The notes beneath the pieces are model-generated. The model did not search any database. It worked only from the letters and a program-made list of their open reading frames with translations, and was not told the DNA's origin. Below, in pieces: positions 19,226-23,828 of a stretch of 23,828 nucleotides of DNA. This DNA is from Candidatus Iainarchaeum sp. (GTDB lineage Archaea; Iainarchaeota; Iainarchaeia; Iainarchaeales; DTGL01), in NCBI GenBank assembly GCA_026413945.1, contig JAOAJX010000009.1, forward strand, positions 1-23,828, in the 5' to 3' direction. Position numbers and translations under genes: made by a program. Positions within the stretch are counted from its first letter, which is position 1; each line of letters begins with the position of its first letter.

Positions 19226-20533
19226 ATGGCGCTCGTTTTGAAAAATTGCAAAACCTTTTACAGAGGAAAAATCAGATGTGTTGACATTGCTTCTGATTAC
19301 GGAAAAATTATCGGGATTGGGAAGAGAATTTCTGGCACGGAGGTTATTAATTGCAAAGGCCTCCTTGTCTTTCCTGGGCTTATAGATGTGCATGTGCATT
19401 TCAGGGTTCCTGGCGCAGAGCATAAAGAAGATTGGAAGCATGGAAGCCGTGCTGCATTGCATGGCGGCATAACTTGTGTTCTTGACATGCCTAACAATAA
19501 CCCACAGATTTTAGATGAAAAAAGTCTCCTGGAGAAGAAGAAAATTGTTGAAAAAGATGCTTGTGTTGATTATGGCTTATATTTGGGGGCTTCAGCCAAG
19601 ATTAATAGTTTGGGTGAAGGCCTAAGTAAGCAAATTGCCGGCATAAAGCTTTACATGTCTTCAGCTTCTGGAGAGCTTCTTGCTACTGGGAAGATACAAA
19701 AGATGGCTTTTGAAAGAGCTTTTCGTATGAGAAAAGTTGTTGCAGTACATGCTGAAGATGAAGATCGCATTAGAGACAATGAAAAGAAATTCAAAGATAA
19801 GGGCATCTCAATCCACCACAAAATCAGAGATGATACCTGTGAAGCAATAGCTATCGAGAAAGTGCTTAGCTCAGCAAAAAGCACAAGTGCTTTTCTTCAT
19901 GTTTGCCACATTTCGAGCAAAATGAGCTTAGAGAAAATCAAGCCTTTTTTGAAATCTGGAAAAGTGTCATGCGGCGTTACACCTCATCACTTATTCCTAA
20001 CTGAAAAAGATGTTGCAAAGATAGGCAACAAAGCAAAGGTAAATCCTTCGATTAAAACAAAAAAAGACCGCAGCGCATTATGGGCTGCATTAAAAGCAAG
20101 TTATATAAAAGTGATTGAGTCAGATCATGCACCACACACATTGGAAGAAAAAAATGCTGATTATGAAATTGCACCTTCTGGACTTCCAGGAGTTGAAACA
20201 TTGCTCCCATTGATGCTAAACGCTTACAATAAAGGTTTTATATCCCTAAAAAGAATATTTGAATGTTGTTGCCAAAATCCAGCAAAGATATTTGGCATTA
20301 AAAACAAGGGCAGCATAGATTTTGGCAAAGATGCCGATTTCTGCATAGTTAACCTGAAAAGAAAGCAAGAGATCAAAAGCGAGGGTCTTTTTAGCAAATG
20401 TGGTTGGAGCGCCTTTGAAGGTTGGAAACTAACTGGTTGTGTTGAAAAGACAATATTGCGAGGAGTTTTGTGTTACGATAGCGGGTCAATTGTTGACTCG
20501 AAAAAAGGTTTAGACGTTTTTGGGGGTGATTAA
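19226..20533 (+). CDS. pyrC: Dihydroorotase (long, class I type)
   Basis: PGLIDVHVHFR.PG, GGIT..DMPN, KLYM, HAED, TPHHL and SDHAPH, in pyr operon context. ATG 19226 preferred over the track's 19196. Confidence 0.93.
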   Translation: MALVLKNCKTFYRGKIRCVDIASDYGKIIGIGKRISGTEVINCKGLLVFPGLIDVHVHFRVPGAEHKEDWKHGSRAALHGGITCVLDMPNNNPQILDEKSLLEKKKIVEKDACVDYGLYLGASAKINSLGEGLSKQIAGIKLYMSSASGELLATGKIQKMAFERAFRMRKVVAVHAEDEDRIRDNEKKFKDKGISIHHKIRDDTCEAIAIEKVLSSAKSTSAFLHVCHISSKMSLEKIKPFLKSGKVSCGVTPHHLFLTEKDVAKIGNKAKVNPSIKTKKDRSALWAALKASYIKVIESDHAPHTLEEKNADYEIAPSGLPGVETLLPLMLNAYNKGFISLKRIFECCCQNPAKIFGIKNKGSIDFGKDADFCIVNLKRKQEIKSEGLFSKCGWSAFEGWKLTGCVEKTILRGVLCYDSGSIVDSKKGLDVFGGD

Positions 20534-21181
20534 ATGAAAAGTGAAAAAATTGCAGAAATATTGCTTAAGATTGGTGCTGTAAGCCTAAGGCCAAAAAAAC
20601 CATTTAGGTATTCATCTGGAATACTCTCACCCATATACACTGACAATCGCTTGCTAATGGGCTATCCAAAAGAAAGAAAGAGCATAGTAAAAGCAATGAA
20701 AGAGCTTATTGAAGATAAGAAAATATCTTGTGAGTTTATTTCGGGTACGGCTACTGCGGCAATACCACATGCTGCATGGCTTGCAGACTTAATGAAAAAG
20801 CCAATGGTTTATGTGCGAAGTGATAGAAAAGATCATGGCAAAGAAAATCAGGTTGAAGGCCTTATAAAACAGGGTGCTGTTGCCTTAAATGTTGAGGATT
20901 TAATAAGCACAGGTGGCAGTGCAATATCTACCATAGAAACGCTGAGGAACGCTGGCTTCGTTGCTAAGGATTGTGTTGCAATATTCACATATGAGATGAA
21001 AAAAGCCTCAGAAGCTTTTGCAAACGCTGGTGTAACACTGCATGCGCTCACCACGTTTAGCACACTAATAAGGGTTGCAAAAGAAAAGGGCTACATAAGT
21101 GATACAGAGCTAAGCATCGCGAAAGAATGGAACAATGATCCTGAAAACTGGGCTAAAAGATTTGGGTTAGAGGTGAGCTAA
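20534..21181 (+). CDS. pyrE: Orotate phosphoribosyltransferase
   Basis: SGILSPIYTDNR, YVRS..KDHG and PRPP motif VEDLISTGGS. SD GGGGTGA. Confidence 0.96.
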   Translation: MKSEKIAEILLKIGAVSLRPKKPFRYSSGILSPIYTDNRLLMGYPKERKSIVKAMKELIEDKKISCEFISGTATAAIPHAAWLADLMKKPMVYVRSDRKDHGKENQVEGLIKQGAVALNVEDLISTGGSAISTIETLRNAGFVAKDCVAIFTYEMKKASEAFANAGVTLHALTTFSTLIRVAKEKGYISDTELSIAKEWNNDPENWAKRFGLEVS

Positions 21182-22041
21182 TGGCACAAAAAAACTTTAT
21201 TGACTTTTTGAAAAAATCTGCAGAGGAGAAGAAAAGCATAGTATGTATGGGTTTTGACCCAGTTATAGAGAAAATTCCAGTAAAAGGAAAAAGCATTGAA
21301 TACAGAATAGTAGAATTCTATTCGGAAATTATAGAAGCATGCAAATACAAGGGGTGTTTGCCTGCTGCCTTCAAGCCAAACTATGCCTTTTATGCGCAGT
21401 ATGGCTTTGAAGGCCTTCGTGCACTTAAAAAAGTGATTTTGGCTTGCAAAAAAACTAATGTGCCTGTGATACTTGACGTAAAGCGAGCAGACATAGGAAA
21501 GACGAGCATGGCTTATGCTAAAGAAATATTTGAGTTTTTCGAAGCTGATGCATGCACAATACTGCCGTACTTTGGCATAGATTCAGTGCAGCCTTTTTTA
21601 GAATATTGCAAAAAAGGTTATGGTGTTTACGCATTGAATAGAAGCTCAAATGAAAGCGCAAAGGAATTTCAAAATCTTATCTGCAATGGAGTACCATTTT
21701 ACATAAAAACAGCAGAAAAAATATTGGAATGGAGCAAAAGTTCTTCAAAAAATTTAGGTGCCATCGTTGGAGCGACATCTTTAAATGAGTTAAGGAACAT
21801 TGTTTCGATTTACAAGAATAGCTATGAAGTTCCTCTATTGATACCAGGTGTTGGCGCTCAAGGTGGCTCAGCATCAGAGGTTACGGCCACTCTCAAGGAA
21901 GTAAAATACGATTTGCGATTAGTTCGCATTAATGCTTCTGCTTCGCTTAACTACGCTTACGAAAAATATGGCACAGATGACTTTGCTGGTGCGGCAGTAA
22001 AAGCGCTTAAGGAAATGAATAAAGAAATTGGCTTCGGGTGA
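21181..22041 (+). CDS. pyrF: Orotidine-5'-phosphate decarboxylase (subfamily 2)
   Basis: CMGFDP, FKPNYAFY, catalytic DVKRADIG, IVGAT and IPGVGAQGG. SD GAGGTGA. Confidence 0.95.
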   Translation: MAQKNFIDFLKKSAEEKKSIVCMGFDPVIEKIPVKGKSIEYRIVEFYSEIIEACKYKGCLPAAFKPNYAFYAQYGFEGLRALKKVILACKKTNVPVILDVKRADIGKTSMAYAKEIFEFFEADACTILPYFGIDSVQPFLEYCKKGYGVYALNRSSNESAKEFQNLICNGVPFYIKTAEKILEWSKSSSKNLGAIVGATSLNELRNIVSIYKNSYEVPLLIPGVGAQGGSASEVTATLKEVKYDLRLVRINASASLNYAYEKYGTDDFAGAAVKALKEMNKEIGFG

Positions 22042-22045
22042 AACC

Positions 22046-22966
22046 TTGGGCGAAATTCTGGAGAATAAAATTTGTGGGATAGAGCTCAAAAACCCTTTTA
22101 TTTTAGCTTCAGGGGTTCTTGGCCTAAACAAGGAAACTCTTCTTATTGCACAAAAAGGTGGAGCTGGCGCTCTTACAATTAAAAGCATAACTCTTGAGCC
22201 AAGAGAAGGACATGAAACGCCAAATGTAGCTTTTTTTGAGGTGGGTATGCTGAATGCTTTTGGTTACAATAACTGTGGCCTTAAGATGGCTGTTGAGGAA
22301 TTCTCAGACTTAAGTTGCTTCAAGATTCCTGTATTTGGAAGTTGTACTGCTGGAAATCCAAATGAGTTTGCAAATATTGTAAAATGGCTAGATAAGCTTG
22401 ACTTCAAAGCAATAGAGCTTCCGGTTTCTTGTCCGCACACACCTGGTTATGGATTGTTATCTGGACAGAACGAAGCAAAATTTGTTGAAAGTGTTATGCG
22501 CAGATGTAGAAAAAAAACTAAAAAGCCAATTTTTCTGAAAATAAGCGCCGGCCTGCCAAACTATGTTGAGGTTGCAATACGTGCACAAAAAGCAGGAGCC
22601 GATGCTATAGTTTGTTCTAATACGTTGCCTGGCATGATTATAGATATTAATGCTAAAAGTCCGGTCCTTTCATTCAAAAAAGGCGGTGTTTCGGGGCCTG
22701 CTATAAGGCCAATGGTTGTGAAGGCTGTTTACGAGCTTTACAAAGAATTAAAGGTTCCAATAATTGGCGTAGGTGGCATATCACGAGGAGAGCATGCAAT
22801 TGAGTATTTAATGGCTGGTGCAAGTGCTGTTGGAATAGCTACTGGTGTATTACAGAGAGGGCCTTCGGTTTTTAGAAAATGCTCTGGCGAGGTTGTTAGT
22901 TGGATGAAGGAGCATCATTACAAAAATGTTTCTGAACTCGTTGGGGTTGCACATGAAAGAATTTGA
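22046..22966 (+). CDS. pyrD: Dihydroorotate dehydrogenase family 1B catalytic subunit
   Basis: KNPFILASG, KSIT.EPREG, MLNAFG, SCPH, NT, GGVSGPAIRP, IIGVGGI and AGASAV. TTG 22046 follows SD GGGTGA (the track starts at 22028). Confidence 0.94.
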   Translation: MGEILENKICGIELKNPFILASGVLGLNKETLLIAQKGGAGALTIKSITLEPREGHETPNVAFFEVGMLNAFGYNNCGLKMAVEEFSDLSCFKIPVFGSCTAGNPNEFANIVKWLDKLDFKAIELPVSCPHTPGYGLLSGQNEAKFVESVMRRCRKKTKKPIFLKISAGLPNYVEVAIRAQKAGADAIVCSNTLPGMIIDINAKSPVLSFKKGGVSGPAIRPMVVKAVYELYKELKVPIIGVGGISRGEHAIEYLMAGASAVGIATGVLQRGPSVFRKCSGEVVSWMKEHHYKNVSELVGVAHERI

Positions 22967-23771
22967 AAGAAATAGGCATGTTGAGGGACACTTGGTAAAG
23001 AAAACAATGATTTGCGAGGACATTGCTGTTTTTGAGATTACGCTTGGGGAGAAGTTGATGATGAAACCGGGGCAATTCGTAATGCTTTGGATTCCAGATT
23101 TTGGGGAAAGGCCTTTTAGCCCAACTCGATGCGGCAAAGATATTGAAGTAGCTGTTAAAAAAAGAGGCCAATTCACAAAAAAAATTTTTGATTTAGAAAT
23201 AGGATCTTATGTTGGGGTGCGCGGCCCTTATGGAAATGGCTTTAGCCTCAATGGAGTGAAAAAAGCTTGTGTCGTTGGTGGTGGAATAGGCATAGCGGCC
23301 CTTGTTAATCTTACAGAATCGCTGAAAGCGGCAGGAGCTCATATAGATATCATTTATTCCGCAAAGAAATGCGAAAACATGGTTTTTCTTGATAGGCTTA
23401 AAAGAAATGCCAGGGTTATTGCAATAGAGGAAGAGAAATGCGATAAAACAATTGCTGCATTGACTAATCTAGCGAAAGAAAAAAAATATGATTGTGTCTA
23501 TTGCTGTGGACCTGAGCCATTTATGGCTGAAATAAGCGAATTTTGCAAAAAGGCCCATATAAGAGCACAATTTTCGCTTGAGCGAAAAATGAAATGCGCT
23601 GTGGGAGTCTGCGGCTCTTGCGCTACTGCAAACGGACTTGTTTGTGTGAAGGGGCCTGTTTTTTCAGGAAAAGATTTTGAAAAATATTTGGCTTTTAAAT
23701 TGGATACTTCAAAGCAATTAAGCAGCACATCTTGTCCTTGTAAAACTCGTCATCAAGGCACTTGCACTTAA
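22953..23771 (+). CDS. pyrK: Dihydroorotate dehydrogenase electron-transfer subunit (FAD, 2Fe-2S)
   Basis: PGQFVMLW, RPFS, RGPYGNGF, GGGIG, CGPEP and MKCAVGVCGSC...VC..GPVF. ATG 22953 preferred over the track's 22926. Confidence 0.94.
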   Translation: MKEFERNRHVEGHLVKKTMICEDIAVFEITLGEKLMMKPGQFVMLWIPDFGERPFSPTRCGKDIEVAVKKRGQFTKKIFDLEIGSYVGVRGPYGNGFSLNGVKKACVVGGGIGIAALVNLTESLKAAGAHIDIIYSAKKCENMVFLDRLKRNARVIAIEEEKCDKTIAALTNLAKEKKYDCVYCCGPEPFMAEISEFCKKAHIRAQFSLERKMKCAVGVCGSCATANGLVCVKGPVFSGKDFEKYLAFKLDTSKQLSSTSCPCKTRHQGTCT

Positions 23772-23826
23772 AAGAGCCGCTGTCCATCCACTCTACCTTT
23801 ATCTCTGGAAGATCCTCTTCAATGTA
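23695..23826 (-). CDS. 3' end of a probable convergent gene entering from beyond the window
   Basis: The minus-strand frame is open from the window edge: ...YIEEDLPEIKVEWMDSGSFKCKCLDDEFYKDKMCCLIALKYPI*. Composition is protein-like, but only 43 codons are visible. Confidence 0.5.
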   Translation of the reverse strand, partial: YIEEDLPEIKVEWMDSGSFKCKCLDDEFYKDKMCCLIALKYPI

Positions 23827-23828
23827 AG

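Noticed and set aside
19960-20060. PyrC motif variants (CGVTPHH for CEVTPHH, NPSIK for NPPLR)
   Set aside because: All metal ligands and the catalytic Asp are intact and the operon context supports dihydroorotase, so I treat this as ordinary divergence.

Overview
Archaeal chromosomal housekeeping window. Evidence for archaea: gatD, the A1AO-ATPase operon in order H-I-K-E-C-F-A-B-D, an archaeal ATP-dependent ligase, TATA/BRE promoters and GGTGA-type Shine-Dalgarno (SD) sites. A DPANN-type lineage is my inference, not something the sequence proves. In order: 3' part of an RNase P RNA, three orphan membrane or surface proteins, a divergent seryl-tRNA synthetase, tRNA-Lys(CUU), DNA ligase, a small membrane protein, gatD, an MTH1-like Nudix hydrolase, a bacterial-type deoxyhypusine-synthase-like gene, a complete and probably Na+-coupled A1AO ATP synthase operon, and a divergently transcribed pyrBI-C-E-F-D-K operon. 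I saw no CRISPR array, transposase, integrase or intein. Four leads stand out. (1) The predicted pyr transcript starts GGGUUUUUUG, with the UUG start codon inside the U-run and able to fold into occluding hairpins, a candidate pyrimidine-sensing control. (2) The SerRS has several altered active-site motifs. (3) The RNase P RNA has a minimal P15 and no L15/P16/P17. (4) The DHS-like enzyme is of the bacterial class. All family comparisons are from recalled consensus motifs, not from database searches.
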